Shown here: positions 43,679 through 60,360 of the stretch, one piece after another
Layout of the letters: each line of letters begins with the position of its first letter
How positions within the stretch are numbered: position 1 is the first letter of the stretch
Assembly: GCA_964016885.1 (NCBI GenBank)
Contig: OZ024747.1
Coordinates: 35,588,001-35,652,000 of the forward strand
From: Eledone cirrhosa
Lineage: Eukaryota
DNA: 64,000 nt
Reading direction: 5' to 3'
Translations under genes and position numbers: made by a program
The notes under the pieces: model-generated
What the model saw: only the letters and a program-made list of their open reading frames with translations
Database searches by the model: none
What the model was told of the DNA's origin: nothing

Positions 43679-43680
<2 letters not shown>
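43150..43680. mobile_element. Fold-back HHR element, family C (older copy)
   Basis: Inverted arms centred at ~43460. Intact HHR at 43303-43357(-) and a degenerate mirror at 43569-43623(+). Homologous to 32101-32641. Confidence 0.85.
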
Positions 43681-43744
<64 letters not shown>

Positions 43745-43749
<5 letters not shown>

Positions 43750-46700
43750 AATGAAAAAGAACAAAGGAACTATTATGACATTATAACAAGTTTATTGCCG
43801 ACATCCGTTTCGTCCGACCATATGGCGGGACTTTTCAAGGCATATAACAGGTGATTGTAAGTTCATTATTTTCATCAACGTTTCACTCAAGATTAGCAGT
43901 TTGAAATCGTGGTATACGTCAACAGCTCCGCTTGTATATTTGGGGTCTATATTCTAAGGGGGCTCTTTTATATTAGTTGTAGGAGTTGTAAAAGGGATGG
44001 GTTATAGGGAGTTAAGAGAATTTGAAAAGGGCCTAAGAGTTAGGGATTGAAGGTTAAAAATTAAAGAATTTATAAGTTACGCATTAAAAGTAAAAGACTT
44101 GGGATCTCGTAAAAGCACCTTAAAAAATCCCTCAATAAGCGCATAAAGCTTATAAGCCTCAATAAACCTAAAAAAACAGAAGAGATTAAGAGAATAAAAA
44201 AAATTAAAAAAATAAAAATTAAAAGTTTCCTAAAAAATTCCTTCGAAAGAAAAAAAATTTTTCTAAGAGATTCCCTTAAAAAATTTTAGAAAATTTACGA
44301 AGATTTAATAATCCCTACGAAAGTTCTAAACTCAAAAATTAAAAATTAAAAATTAAAAATTAAAAATTAAAAATTAGGGAAAAGAACTTTCAATAAGATT
44401 TAAGAGGTTAATTCAGTTAATGATTCACGGAATCCATAATATAAAGATTAAGATTTAAGTTAGGATTTGAAGTTTAAGAGTTCCAAACCCAGAAATTAAA
44501 ATATTTAATGAATTTAAGATTAAGCAATCTTATATATCCAAGATTAAATATTAAAGATTAAGTGGTTGAACATTAAATTTAATTTTAAAAATTAAGAAAT
44601 AAATAGTTGAAAGAAATTAATCAATTAAAGGTTAATTCAAATAGCCTTCAAAAAATCCCTCAGAAAAGGCCCATTTAATATTTGTAATAAAAACCTCTTC
44701 CGAAAGACCCCTCAAAGAATTAAAATTTTAGAGAACCTTTAAAAATATATATAAATGAATTGAGGAAAATTACAAATTAAAAATTAGAAATTACGGGATA
44801 TGGGAGATCCGAGGAATTTCCAAAGGGCTGCTTCAACAGGTACAACAACTTAGGTATAATAAATAAAGTAATTTAAGTAATCTAATTAAGGAGCAATTCA
44901 AAGAGCTTATCAAGTTGGGCAAGATTAAAGAAAATGATAAGTAAGAAAATATATAAGCAAAAAGACAATAATTATAAAATGTATTTTTAAGAAGGTATTA
45001 AATAGCTTCAGTAATCTAATAATGTATTATCAAAAAATTATTAATATAGGATTAACAAAGACATAATAATATATTCCTGCCTAATTAACAAACAATCAAT
45101 AAACAATTAACAGTCAAGTAAATTTACTCAGGGATATCCCACGCACGGATACTTTACACACATACAGCAATATATAGGATTAACAAAGGCATAATAATAT
45201 ATTCCTGCCTAATTAACAAACAATCAATAAACAATTAACAATCAAGCAAATTTACTCAGGGATATCCGACGCACGGATACTTTACACACATACAGCAAGT
45301 TGAACAATACAGGTGACCTTGTAGGTGCGATATCCATTGTGCGCCTGCAATCATCTGCATAGCTCCACGCACAGTTGGTCTTGTTGAAAAGTTCCGAGTT
45401 CACGAATCAACTGGGATTCACTATCAGTTGTGTGGACTCTCTGGGAGATGTACCTGTGGATCAAATAGCTAGTGGTCGCAGGGTGTGGTCCGTTCGATCC
45501 TTTCCATGTAGTTTCGGTCGTGCCAGTTATTAAGCCATGCGTGGGACAGCACGCGTTTGCGATAGATCAGCCTGCCGGTTCTAAATCCAAGGTTTTGCTG
45601 TATAGGATATATTGGTGTACATGATATATTGGTAAACAAGTCCAGTATGGACTTGACTGGGGTGGTATATTGCGTCTCTCGCTATTATCCCCTCCTCTCA
45701 CCAATTCCAAGTTCACACGTGACTGGTCAAATACTAAGGGCTGTCCCCTCTTTGTTTGTTGTAGGGGTCGGTTTTAGCTTAGATGGTGGTCGTGTTATCC
45801 ATGTTGCTGCTATATCCCGTCAGTCATGCATATTCAAGACAGATCACGGTATATATGCACATATTTGCGGGTATGGTCCGGCGTCTACGCTATCGAAAGG
45901 ATCTCTCTTGTGGTATTTTCAAATTCGCATGTCATCTCCCGGTTAAGTCTGCGCATGCTTCGGTGAATCCCGTGCATGGAATATTGGGGTATCATATTAC
46001 ACGGGGTGACTAGCAGAAAATACATACTCCATGCTATCGCGCACACGCAGGCCTGTGGCTACGATCATGTCCAGTCTCGGGTAGTAGCAGACAGCAGGTA
46101 GACCAGCAAGTCGACCCCTGTTCAAGGGGCACAACCCCTAACTTATCGATTGGTCAGACATCAAGGGAGTCAACTCTCCAAACCCATTATGTCAACCGTG
46201 GTATTATACAAAAAAATCCTTATAAATAAAGAACTAACTCAAACAAAATCCCTATTAATAAAGAACTAACTCAAAAGATATGAATGGGAGAGAATGGATA
46301 GGGGGATCTAATGGGGCGGGGATTTGCTAGGGTTTGATTGGTTATAGGCGGGGAACGGCCGCCACATTGGGTGCTCCGCTACTGTTCCCTTGGGCAAATT
46401 CCCGAATTTGTTGATATGTATCTCCGACGGTACATCCTCAGACCAGTCAATGTGGGTCCAGACACTCGCAATATCCCACACTGCAGGCATCAGCTGCCCC
46501 CAGGGCGCCCAGCAACAATGCTGCCACCAATCCCACTTTGGCAAGCGGGACACAGGATCGACTGTTCCTCACCAGAGTCCCCATCGGCAAGTGGGGAGCC
46601 GAGGCATCAATGGGGCCGGGGTTACTCAAGAGCACCCTATTGGCCAGCGGGGCAGCCATGTGCGAGACAGGGTGGGGTCAGGGTTAGGTGTCTCGTCTGA

Positions 46701-47410
46701 AGAAAAAGAAAGAGCTAAGTATATTATGGGGGCAGGACAAGATGATTTCTGACCTGCAGTTGAGCAAGTTAAGTCCTGAGAATACTATGGCATGAGATTG
46801 AGTGAGGCACAGGCTACAAAACCTGCTCAACGAGCTATGTGGAGGAGCTTTAGTAAGGCATCTCCAGCTTAGTGTGTAAGGGATTTTTGCTTGTTTTAAG
46901 TTATGTATGTGTCCTGCTAATGACGTGGTATTTTTAAGCTTCTCATTTCGGAAGCTATGCTGGTGGGCGTTGAATCTCGCCTTGAACTGGTTAGCGGTTG
47001 ACCCCACATACGTCTTAGTATACGTGTCTGTGGTTACGTTACAAGCATATACTACGTTATTAAGGCAGTGTCCAGCTAGTGGGCATTTGTCATTCCGTCG
47101 GCATTTACACTTCCTAATAGGGTCATGCTCCTCAATCAGGGGTGCATGTCCCTCCAAGCGACCGCGGGGCTGCCTAGTGGGATCGTGTCTATTGCCTGTT
47201 ATCCCCCTGGGTCTTTCACTCAGTGGGTCGGTCCCATGTTGTCGTGTGTACTGGCGTGGTTCACTATTTCGGATGGCCTTAAGTCCCTCTTTAATCTTAC
47301 TCTTATTGGTCTTAGCTAGGTGGGAGGCCATATTAGGGGTTGTCGAGTACGATAGTTTGATAGTATTCTTATTGATGACACTACCGTACCTATTACCTGG
47401 GGGGAAGTTC
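43745..47410 (-). mobile_element. 5'-truncated Hydra-like PLE with long 3' region
   Basis: Endonuclease ORF at 46684-47410(-), ~2.9 kb downstream region with a 128-bp tandem duplication (45047-45298), terminal HHR at 43796-43842(-), and (TA)n on both sides. Continuity of the whole span is inferred. Confidence 0.7.
43796..43842 (-). ncRNA. Type I hammerhead with U3-A8 core
   Basis: TGCC-TTGAAAA-GTCC-cgccatatggtc-GGAC-GAA-ACggatGT-C^GGCA. Confidence 0.8.
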
Positions 47411-47412
47411 AT
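46684..47412 (-). CDS. PLE GIY-YIG endonuclease fragment
   Basis: KNTIKLSYSTTPN; CKCRRNDKC; VVY..TYVGSTANQFKARFNAH; CSLC; LLNCRSE..CPH. The ORF-track N-terminus upstream of 47412 runs through (TA)n and is spurious. Confidence 0.85.
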   Translation of the reverse strand: MNFPPGNRYGSVINKNTIKLSYSTTPNMASHLAKTNKSKIKEGLKAIRNSEPRQYTRQHGTDPLSERPRGITGNRHDPTRQPRGRLEGHAPLIEEHDPIRKCKCRRNDKCPLAGHCLNNVVYACNVTTDTYTKTYVGSTANQFKARFNAHQHSFRNEKLKNTTSLAGHIHNLKQAKIPYTLSWRCLTKAPPHSSLSRFCSLCLTQSHAIVFSGLNLLNCRSEIILSCPHNILSSFFFFRRDT

Positions 47413-47858
47413 ATATACATATATATATATATAACGAAAAACTTCATATATATATAACGAAAAACTTGTTGACGAAGTAAACTCCATTGTTCTATCTTCA
47501 AAAACCATTAACTTGCAGACCCCTGAAAGTGGATTTTGTTGATTTCGGATTTACAGAAACTTAGCGGAGATATTATGGATTATATGTGAGGTATATTATA
47601 TGGTATATATATTATATGTATTATGTGTTATGTATGATGTCGACGTGATGGTCCAGGTTAGTCAAATTTTTCTTGAGTTCAGTCTTTTTCGTAGCTATGG
47701 TCACGGCGGCCCTTCTAGCGGTCGCTGTCTTCATTTTGCAAAGCTATCTAAACGAATTGTTATAACTCCAGGGTTATATACCCTATCGAGTGCTTAGCTG
47801 CACACCGAAACTGCATTCCTTAGCTTGGCTGCAACCATGGCTTCGTTGATGCTGTACT

Positions 47859-47928
<70 letters not shown>

Positions 47929-48564
47929 TAACGAAGGAAATGTGGTAAGGAACCAGGTGGACCATAACGCACCAAAGTACAAGTGTGTGAGTGAGTGTGT
48001 TTGTGAACGTGTCTGTTGACTTTTAGAATATAGTTTAAGAGACATTTGAAGATAATGGTATGATATGCACTCAATATTTTGAACTGGTCTATAGAATTCT
48101 CTAGGCCTTTGTCACTAAGTAGAACCTTAAAGTATTAGCTTTTAAAGAATTTCCCTTTTCTTTAAATCCATCAAACATGACTGACCCCCAACAATATTAT
48201 AGACACCTGAAATCTAGGCATTACTAGCTTCAGAGAAACTTAAAAATAAGGAGTGGCACCCCATTCTGAACTTGTTTATAGAATTCTTTCTGCCTTTGTT
48301 ACTCTAGATATAAACTATAGCTTTGAAGAATTAGCTTTTAATGAATTTTCTTTTCTATCAACCCATGACCTCTACCCATCCCACACCTTACCCTCTCCTA
48401 CCAACTGAAGAGACCTATAAATACCATATTTATTTTTTGATACCCAGATTCCTGATGATTTCTAAAGAATGAAACAGTTCTAGTCCTGTAGAATCTCATC
48501 TATATTAAAATATATATATTTATATATATATATATAAATATATATATATATAAATATATATAAA

Positions 48565-49017
48565 GACCTGAAAATCCGCCTCTTCATTGCTGTAGTGGAG
48601 TCAGTGCTGCTGAACGGGTCTGAGACTTGAACACTGACCAAGAAACTCACTCAGATGGTGGATGGGTGCTACACGAGACTGCTGAGGATGGCTCTGAACA
48701 TCTATCAGTATACACTGAGGATGAAAGGCGCAGAGCTGTATGGGAGCCTCCCAAAAGTCAGCTCAAAAGGGACACATAGGTGACTGAGCTTAGCTGGACA
48801 TGCTCACCGATATCCAGAGTTGACATTGCACTCAGTGCTCCTGTAGGGGCCCCTGCATGGACACACTGGAAGAGGAAGATCGAGGTTAAAATATGTGGAT
48901 GCCCTAAGGACAGACACTGGTGTGTTGGAGACGCAGGATATGGCGGCGATAATGAGGGACAGAGACTGCTGGAGAGAACTCGTCCATGGATCTCGGGAAT
49001 TATACCCGCCCTAGAAA

Positions 49018-49018
<1 letters not shown>
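48565..49018 (+). mobile_element. RTE-type LINE 3' fragment
   Basis: LKIRLFIAVVESVLLNGSET*TLTK..DGCYTRLLRMALN..LAGH..GRGR....YVD..DRDCWRELV. Confidence 0.85.
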
Positions 49019-49095
<77 letters not shown>

Positions 49096-49098
<3 letters not shown>

Positions 49099-51139
49099 GA
49101 TAAATCTACTAAAATAAACGGTAGTGTCCAATCCGTATGAAGAGCTCAATGTAATCCAAATATAGAGGATATCATGAAAAAAGAGAATGCATTCAAAATG
49201 TAACGATAAAAATCATAGGAAAACAGAATCAAGATAAATTAATAAATACAATGAAATAAAAACAAAGAACAAGTTCCTTATATTTAAAAAAATCATCATT
49301 TTACGATCGTTTCTGGGATATATATGTGTATGTTGGTATGTATATCATATTAAATATCTATGTAAAAAAAAAATTACAAATTATCAGAGGCGATATACAT
49401 ACCTTCACTTATATATGCCATCTTCAGAATGAAGAAGTATGTTTATTGAAAGAAAGTATTAATACAAAAAGTCTGTTTGGGAACAGGTTTTGAATTGAAC
49501 ACTAGAAAAGTTAGAGGTCAATTTGATAGAATAACGGTAGTAGAAATTGTATGCTAGGAGTGGAGGAATGTAAATTTATGCTTTGAATGAAATGAATGGG
49601 GAAGAGAAAGGTAGGTGTTAAAATGAGGTCAAGTTAATGAGATAGTGAAATTCCCCCAAAATTGATGTTATTAAAAAATGTTGTTAAAAGCATAGGGAAA
49701 AGAATTGTATGTGGGTTGAGAGTGTTAGTGAGAAATACTACTCATGTTTAAAGTTTAAGGAACCTAAATACATAAAAGGAAATTAAATTAATTTATAGGT
49801 ATACTTACAGAGTTAAAATTCTATTAATTTTTATGGATGTGATAAATAAAGAAGTAAAAGAAATAAAAAAAAAAAAAAATATATATATATATAGAAAGAC
49901 TGAAATAGATAACATTTTATAAAAAGTAGTGTATCTATTTAAACAACCGTAATATTAAAGATATTAATTATATTTACTAATCCTAGGTATTGAATGTGAT
50001 AGATAGGGCATGCGGTTAAAACAAGTAGTGAGGTTAAAGATAATTTAAGGTAAAGTGAGCTGCAAGAGGGAAATAAAATTATGAAATTCTTTGTAGTAAA
50101 TATTTAATTATAGGTAAACTAAATTTAAAAAAATTATAATAATTTGTAAAATATAAGAGTGAGGTATATATTAATTAAGTTTATATTATTTGAAGGTTTT
50201 TCTAATTCTATGATTGCATGATGTAATTAATTCCTGTCGCTTATTTAATAGGATATCATTAGATTTCATCATTTCAAATAGTTTTTGGGAGCATAACCTA
50301 CACTCATATCTACTATTTTGATAAGGAGTGGCCCTTTTGTGCACGCTCCAAATCAGGTTATAATTAATATCCTTATTTCTATAATTATTAATTGCTTCAG
50401 CCAAGGAGGTTGTATTAGCTAATGCGGCATTTTTAAAACTATGTTTGTGGGTATTGAATCTTATTTTAAATTTGTTAGATGTAGCTCCTATATAGAATTG
50501 AGGGGAGTCCTTAGTACAACTACACATTTATAGACTATATTATTGGCAGTATCGGTAGAGGGTCGGACGCCATGCTTTCCAGCATAGTTACGTCCCTTTA
50601 CCATCTGAGTTCAAATCCCGCCGAGGTTGACTTTGCCTTTCATCCTTACGGGGTCGATAAAATAAAGTACCAGTAATGCACTGGTAATTGCTGGCCTTGT
50701 GCCTAAAGTAGAAACAATTATTAATAAGACAAATGGCGGTGAATTGGCACTATCGGTAGAGGGTTAGACGCCATACTTTCTAACATAGTTACGTCCCTTT
50801 ACAGTCTGCGTTCAAATCCCGCCGAGGTTAACTTTCCCTTTCATCCTTACGGGGTCGATAAAACAAAGTACCAGCAATGTACTGGGTAATTGCTGGCCTG
50901 GTGCCTACAGTAGAAACAATTATTAATAAGGCAATTTCCCTTTAAAGGGCAATTTCTTTTGATACTACAGTTACAGCCATTCGTAAATATTGTGTAAGGT
51001 GAGTTAATTGTATTATCTATAGTGGTATTAGTGTTACTATTTTCATTAATGTATGGTTTAGAATGGGTTTTAATTAGATTAGTATGGTTACACAGGTTGT
51101 TAGTGGGTGATAGTTTAGGGGATGTGGATCTAGTAGAAG

Positions 51140-51140
<1 letters not shown>
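49096..51140 (-). mobile_element. 5'-truncated Hydra-like PLE interrupted by a SINE dimer
   Basis: CNCSIKRNCPLKGNCLINN (~50920-50977) joins IVYK..FYIGATSNKFKIRFNTH..CRLC..LLNKRQE..CNHR (50186-50540). HHR-like motif at 49294-49432(-). Confidence 0.8.
50543..50928 (+). mobile_element. Two tandem family-1 SINEs
   Basis: Copies at 50543-50727 and 50734-50928, each with A/B boxes and the GCCTTTCATCCTTACGGGGTCGATAAAA domain. Confidence 0.9.
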
Positions 51141-53065
<1,925 letters not shown>

Positions 53066-53532
53066 AGCTTCCATCACACACACACACACACACACCACAC
53101 CACACACACACACACACATATATATATATGTATATAAATATATATATGAAGAAGAGGTTCAAACGCAGAAATGCTATGAAGGTAACTTCTAAAGCAGGGT
53201 GGAGAATCTTAAAACACAGAATTGCACACCATATCTTCCAGATACCGGTATCAGGAAGATATGAGGTTCGATTCCTCATAGCGGCTGTGTGTATTATTAT
53301 AAGAACCAGTCTCGAGGAAATATCCGGTATAAGGTTACCTAGAATGGAATGGCATCAATATAAATTCCTTTTTCATCCTCCCTAAGTTTTTGCAATTGTA
53401 TGGTTGCCATCACAAAATAGGGAGGACAAACTGGTAACTGTGTTCATTTCCTGCAAACAATTAAATAATAATCCAACAACACAGTTTGTTTTTGATGTTA
53501 TTATGCATATCAGTTAACTACAAACTTAATAG

Positions 53533-53735
53533 TCTTCTTCTTCTTCTTCTTACAGAGAGGGTCGTGGGGCCGGAGTGTTCAAACACTTATTCCAGTGGAT
53601 CCTGTCAGAATTAACCATTTCCAAAATAATAGGCTGAATTACAGAGTGAGACTAGTCGAGTTCATGGATATTTTCCAACTATCTTACCTCTGGCTCTACA
53701 CATGGGTCTCATGTCGGTTGGTTTTTCTCTTTCCT
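53533..53735 (-). mobile_element. Possible RTE-like 3' end with (GAA)n tail
   Basis: (TTC)n at 53533-53551 followed by sequence resembling RTE 3' ends (DRIHW..); highly degenerate. Confidence 0.35.
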
Positions 53736-54440
53736 AAGACATTCTAAACATTCTAAATATATTGTGATAATTAAAATCAAGCCTAAGTGATAATACATTT
53801 GGATGCCTAACCAAAGGGATAATCTGTAACGAAAGAACCGATCTATTCAATAATCATCATGTAGTTATAAAGAATATGTATTTCATATATTTATTTAAAG
53901 TTATATCATATATTAAGACAGATAATCAATAAGGTAATTGGATAATTATATTTATATGAGATAGGTGGCAGGTGATATTCGGATTGTTGAGCCGAAGTAG
54001 TGAATTTGATAACATGTCATCATGATATATTATTACTGTGAAGCTCTGCTAATCATTACCTCTCACACTTAGAAAATACAGGAAATTACAAAAGCGGGAC
54101 TGAATCCAATTATCTGCAAGCAATACTATCATCAGCAGCAGATATAATAACATTTACAGCATGTTGGATACGAATTGGCCTGAACATTGATTCGAGTTCA
54201 TCTTGCTGATGCCATCCCAGATAATGAGTGGCTATAATTTGAATGCCAGATTTAAATGCCTATTATGCTTCTAATTCCCATTGTAATAATCATCTAAAAT
54301 CCACAGAGAAGATTTAAGTGAATCATTGTGAAATGAGATACTGAAATTATGGTTCAACTGTTTATTACCTGCCGTTTCTTCTTGTTTAACCATACATCCA
54401 CACACACACTTCCAGGCAAATGCACATTCACAAAATCCCA

Positions 54441-54480
<40 letters not shown>

Positions 54481-54564
54481 TGGCGGTAGATTGCCGGTAT
54501 CAGTAGAGCGTCGGACATAGTGATATGCGTCAAGTTGTTACATATATATATGTATATATATATA

Positions 54565-54622
<58 letters not shown>

Positions 54623-54688
54623 CTCTGATTTTGCGTTTCGTTTCGCTTTTTCTACCCGCCGAAATGCGATTCTCGCTGAATTTATATT

Positions 54689-54800
<112 letters not shown>

Positions 54801-57167
54801 CCTTTATCGCTAGAATTTTATTTTTTTATTGTTAATAAATATCTAAAGAAACATATATAAGTAAATTCAACAAATATATTTTATAAATATATTCGTTTAA
54901 ACAGTTCATGACCCGACGCTGAATAATTTTCTTAAATTTCCTTCTATAAATACTTCGTGATATAGCTGAGTATTTCTAGACACTCCAAACGTTGTTGATG
55001 TAGTGTGAACAGATTTCAAGTGGATAAAAATGATTCAAGATTTTTTCGTTTCATTTGAGTACCAATTAGAGATGTCAGTATACCTCAATGCGTTATTCGT
55101 ATTTCAAAAGACATTATAATTACATTACATATGAAGTTTTATATTTTGAGAACCTTTCTTCAAAATCCAATTATACATTCTTTTCTTGTTGGAAATGTCA
55201 TCTAACCAAGCAATCTTCTCACTATCTCTTGCCATTTTATTTTACATTATTTTCTAGATTATTTACGTTTTTTCCTTTTGATTATTTTAAAGATTTCTAT
55301 AAAAATATAAATATCATTTCTGAACAAATAGAATTATTTATTTATTGGGAAATATTGATAAATATGACTGAATATGCTGTGTTTAAAACTATAAAAAATA
55401 AAACCATGTGTAAAAATGATCGAGAGTAAAATTATATGGTTCCGTAAACATGTGTTTGGTTTCTTTCTCAGGATTAATTAAAAATATAAATAGTTGAAAT
55501 TCGTGCTTGGAGAAAACAAGAGAATAAAATAGAATTCATACATCATCAAAATGAGAATAGCACTGACACGATCTGTTAATATTATTATCCATATTATAAA
55601 GGGCGGTGGTTTGGAGGTACCCCGGTAGAGCACCGGATACTGCCGTTAACGTTTTGATTTAGAATTTGCCCCTCTTCTTTGAGGGGTAGATAACATAAAG
55701 TATCAGCACTGGGGCCGATGTAATCGTCTTTCTCCCCACGAAAAAATTATTGGTCTTGTGCATAAACAAGAAATCATTATTATGCATGTTATCATTTGCA
55801 ATATAAAAAAAACATTACCAACATTCCAATGGCAATATATTGGAATTGTCTTAATTTATAAAAAAAAAAAAATAATAATAATTACGAAAAGCAGTACAAA
55901 ATGGAACGACACATGTTCGCGATGTTTTTCTGTTGTACCTTTGATTAGAAGGTCTAACATATAGCATGTATGATAACGCAACCAAATGTAATGCATTGCG
56001 TTGTTTTGGAATATCACTTAAGGTGTACATAAAATAACAAGTTATATTTCATTTCTCTACTTAATTCCTAAGTAGAGAAATTCTTAAGTAGAGAACGTGC
56101 ATGATTTCAATTATATTACTGGTACTTGTATGTTTGTAGATTTAGTTATTTGCCTATTTCAGTATTTGTTCCAACAGAACAATCATCATGAAATGACATA
56201 TTTCGAAGAAATACTTAAGTAAAAATATGGAGATTAACAGTAAGATGTTAAGACGTCTTCCTTGCGGGAAAAAATACGGTCCAGCATCCCTAAAGTGTTT
56301 TTCAGCTGCTTACAAAATATGACTCACCATGCCGTAGGAACAAGATACCCTTTAGTACGTACATTGTTACGCTCCCTTATTCTGAAATAATTTGATTAGT
56401 AAATAACTATGGCTTTATTAACATGAGCCGTGTAGTGTTAGAGTAGTAAATAATAGTCATGTCGCTGGCTCATACACACACGAAGAAATATTTGCGGTAA
56501 ATGAACTGACGCAACTCTTTCCTTCATCAACATCCCGTGGTAATTCAGTTTCGTGCATTAGTTTGGTATTGCATAAAATCGTACCCAGATTGCATGGTTG
56601 CTTAGAAGAAACCGAAGAAAAATGCGTATGAGAAAACACAATGAAATGAAAAGAGATGGTTTTCTATTCATGCAAGAAATCTTCCGTGTATGCATGGAGA
56701 CATGAGTAGAAGACAATTTGATTATATTCTAAATGATGAAAGACTCAATCATTTTTGAATTCAGTTGTCTTTTATGAGAGAATCTTTCAATAAATGGGCT
56801 CATATATATGATGAACGTGATTGCAGTTTATTAAAATTTCACTAGTGATTTACGCGGGAATATATATGGTAACATACCCCCTTGGCGTAGAGACTCCGCA
56901 ACAGTCCTGCGTCAGACAATAACAAACAGAATTTTGATAGAAATGCAGACATATTCAGCTTAATGAGTTTCATAAAATCCTGCTGGAAAACTAATATTCA
57001 ATAATATTATATTTCACATCTACATATAACGTATGTTGTACATACATAGATATGTGTGTGTGTATATATATATCCAGGGAGTGTAAGGCGGAGTTACTGT
57101 AGTGAGTACTCAATGTTTAGGTTCACGTCGGTGTCGAGGTATAGAGCTAGACAGAGTGTAGTATAAT

Positions 57168-57350
57168 AATTGTTTCTACTTTTGGCACAAGACCAGCAAT
57201 TATCTCAGTACATTATTGGTACTTTATTTTATCGATCCCGTAAGGATGAAAGGCAAAGTTAACCTAGGTGGAATTTGAATTCAGATTGAAAGGGCCGTAA
57301 CCCTATGCTAGAAAGGATGGCGTCGGACCCTCTAACGATACTGCCAATTT
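57168..57350 (-). mobile_element. tRNA-derived SINE, family 1
   Basis: Same sequence family as 3655-3833. Confidence 0.85.
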
Positions 57351-57415
57351 GACTCTTGCAGTGTTGTATAATAATACAAGGACACATGGGTAGTACTTCA
57401 TTACATTTATTGGTT

Positions 57416-57463
<48 letters not shown>

Positions 57464-57807
57464 TTTACATATACATAAACTAGACAGAGCCATAGATATA
57501 TAGATATATATGTGTTTTTCGCAACCATTCACGGTGTGGCTCAATGACGAATTAATTAAATAATCAACAATCAGAGCAATATATAAGAAAGTCCATAGAA
57601 TCATTTGATAAAATATATATCGTATTTCTCCTCCCAATCACCATAGATAAATAAATGATACCTATTTCATCCGTGATAAATAAATGATACCTATTTCATC
57701 CGTGATCAACAGCCACAGAAGATTTACCTAAAGGAACGATTAACTTTCGTCAAATCTGACCGAGGGAACAATGTTTCCGTTGGTCTTTCCAATTCCTAAT
57801 ACTATCT

Positions 57808-57952
57808 ATCGGTCGCAACTCCAGGTAGAAGGAGCAACGTGAAATAAAGTGTCTTGCTCAAGGACATAACGCATCGCCTGGTCCAGGAATCGAACTCACA
57901 ACCTTACGATTGCGAATCCAATTCTCTAACCACTCAGCCACACACCTTCACT
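57808..57952 (-). mobile_element. tRNA-derived SINE, family 2 (second copy at ~62920-63018 +)
   Basis: The minus strand reads GTGGCTGAGTGGTTAG (A-box)..GAGTTCGATTCC (B-box)..GTCCTTGAGCAAGACACTTTATTTCACGTTGCTCC. Confidence 0.8.
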
Positions 57953-58382
57953 AGATTTACCTAGTATTTCTAATAGCCCGTAGAAATTGACTAAACATAA
58001 AGCTAACCATACTCAATTAGGTACAAAATCAAACTTAGAAGAAAAAATGTACATAAAGATACCAAAATTATGTTTCTACCCCATGAGATTTCATTCGCTT
58101 TTTGGAAATATCCGACCATAGAAAAATGAACGAGTTTCGAAATAATCAGGAAACAAAATCAATAGGACAAAGATTTTTCTTAAATGATCCCCGCCAGAAA
58201 CGACTTCAAAATGGCTAAGAATTGTCACATAGCCAGTGGTAGATTTTATTCAGAGGTCCATCTTAAACTTATAGCCACGTTTAATTGATTTTTTATGTGG
58301 TTAATTATGGTGATTGGGAGGAGAAATACTGTATATATTATATTAAATGATTCTATCGATTAATTTCTTTACTTTATATACT

Positions 58383-58459
<77 letters not shown>

Positions 58460-58553
58460 TTATATATGCATATATATATATATTTATATATGCATATATA
58501 TATATATATATATATATGCATATATATATATACATGCATATATATATATATGC

Positions 58554-58607
<54 letters not shown>

Positions 58608-59173
58608 GAAGTTTATGAAACGGAAATGCGGGTATAAAGAATTTATTAGGTAACAATTGTTTCTATAGTGTATGGGTTACCTATACCTCGCTATTTGAAT
58701 AATATAAACATATTATCATAAACCGAAGGTACACTGCAAGCAAACACACCATGTCGTCAGATCTTTGTATTGGAATGATATGAAAATATTTTATACACTA
58801 GATAAAAGAGAAAGAAGGAGGTAGGAAGAGAAGGGGAAGAGGGGAGTGAGTAAGGGGGAGGGAGTCCTAGGATTTAAGACTGTCAGACTAGTATAGATTG
58901 TAAGGAGAGAATGTTTTGGCAGCAGTTAGCTTAATGAGGCGGGTTAGGCTTGAGGGGTAAGTAAATTCATCTAGTGGTGTTGTTTGGACAAAATTTAGTT
59001 AAAGGGGTCAAAGTGTTACAGAGTTACAGACAAGTTATTGGGGCTATTATGGTAGCAGGTTATTTCTAAAGGGGTCCAGAAAACAGTGTTTAGTACTATT
59101 ATTATAGAAAGCCATATCTTGTGTATAAACATATAAAACAGAAATTTGCAAACGGTGGTGTAAAAAGGTAACA

Positions 59174-60360
59174 TTATATGCATTTAAAAAAAGAAAAAGT
59201 CGTTTTCAAACGATGGTTACAGTTAAGTGAACGTTCAATTTTGCTGTTCAAAAGTTTGTTTACCGACGTTAAAATGCAGTATATCTCCAAATTGCATAAT
59301 TTACAGAATCGATGATTTTGCGTATATGCAGGCGCAGCTGCAATAATTTGCCAATCAAGGGAAAATGCTTGATTGTTCCTCCGGAGCTGCCAGGCTTTTT
59401 CGGCGATGGTTGTTACGGAGCGCATTTTCTCGTGCCTGATCGAAGATGGATGTTGGTATAGGCGAGCTTTGAAAGAAGTTGCGGTACATTCAACGTAATA
59501 CCATTTGTTGGTTCCGGAATTTATTGTACATCGGTAGACAATATTGCGTGCTAGGCACTGGTTATTCAGTGGGCACGTACCTGGTTTGGTGCAGTTACAA
59601 TTATTTTTATGTTTTGCAGTAGTATCCTGGATAGTTTGGTGGGGTTGTAGTTGCGTGTTAGTTGCTATGCTGCTATGCTGGTGCGCTGAGTCATTAGGGA
59701 TGTATTTATTTAGTATTGCTGAGTTGAGTTTTTTAATTAGTTGGTCTATGTTAGGTGCAGTGGAGTAGGAGAGTCTAATGGTGCGCGAGTTAAAGATTTT
59801 ATAGTATTTATGTGAAGTTGTAAAGTGTTTATTGATTAGTGTATAGAATTGTGAGATAATCTTAGTGCTAATAGAAATATTGTATACGGGGTTATACCAT
59901 ATGTACTCTCTACGTCTGACTCTATTTGCTGGTTTGCACCTATTAGTATGCCTATTGATGTGTGTGTGTGGTGCAATACTAGTTCGACTTAGATGTGTTT
60001 TATTCATAGTACTTATGTGGTTATCGTCTAGATATTCTATTTTCTCGCAGTAACCACCTTTTCTAAGTGCGTCATTATAATATTCAGCATGCTCGATGAA
60101 CGTCAGCAAATTAGACGACAGTCGGAAGATTTTTATGGATATATTTTTAGGAATAGATTTAATAATGGAATGGGGATGGTTCGATTTTACATTAACGTAC
60201 TTGAGATTTTCATTAAGTTTGTGAAATGGCTCTATATTACCGTTATTAAGTTTGAAGATGACATCCAAGAAGTTGACCACCTTAAGATTGTGTTCGAAGA
60301 TAATATTAAGTCCTAGTTCTAAGAAAAGTTTCCTAATGTTTTTACGTCGTATTTCTAGGC
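59174..60360 (-). CDS. PLE RT C-terminus/thumb, linker and GIY-YIG endonuclease (5'-truncated)
   Basis: VNFLDV..KYVNVKSNHP..SIPKNIS..LSSN; IWYNP; CNCTKPGTC; IVY..YYVECTATSFKARLYQH; CKLCNLE; LLNSKIE..CNHR. Confidence 0.9.

Noticed and set aside
48447-48486. CTGATGA..GAAA hammerhead-like core
   Set aside because: Stem I does not pair and stem III is poor; likely chance or too decayed.
50734-50830. tRNA gene
   Set aside because: The A/B boxes belong to a multi-copy SINE head and there is no complete cloverleaf.
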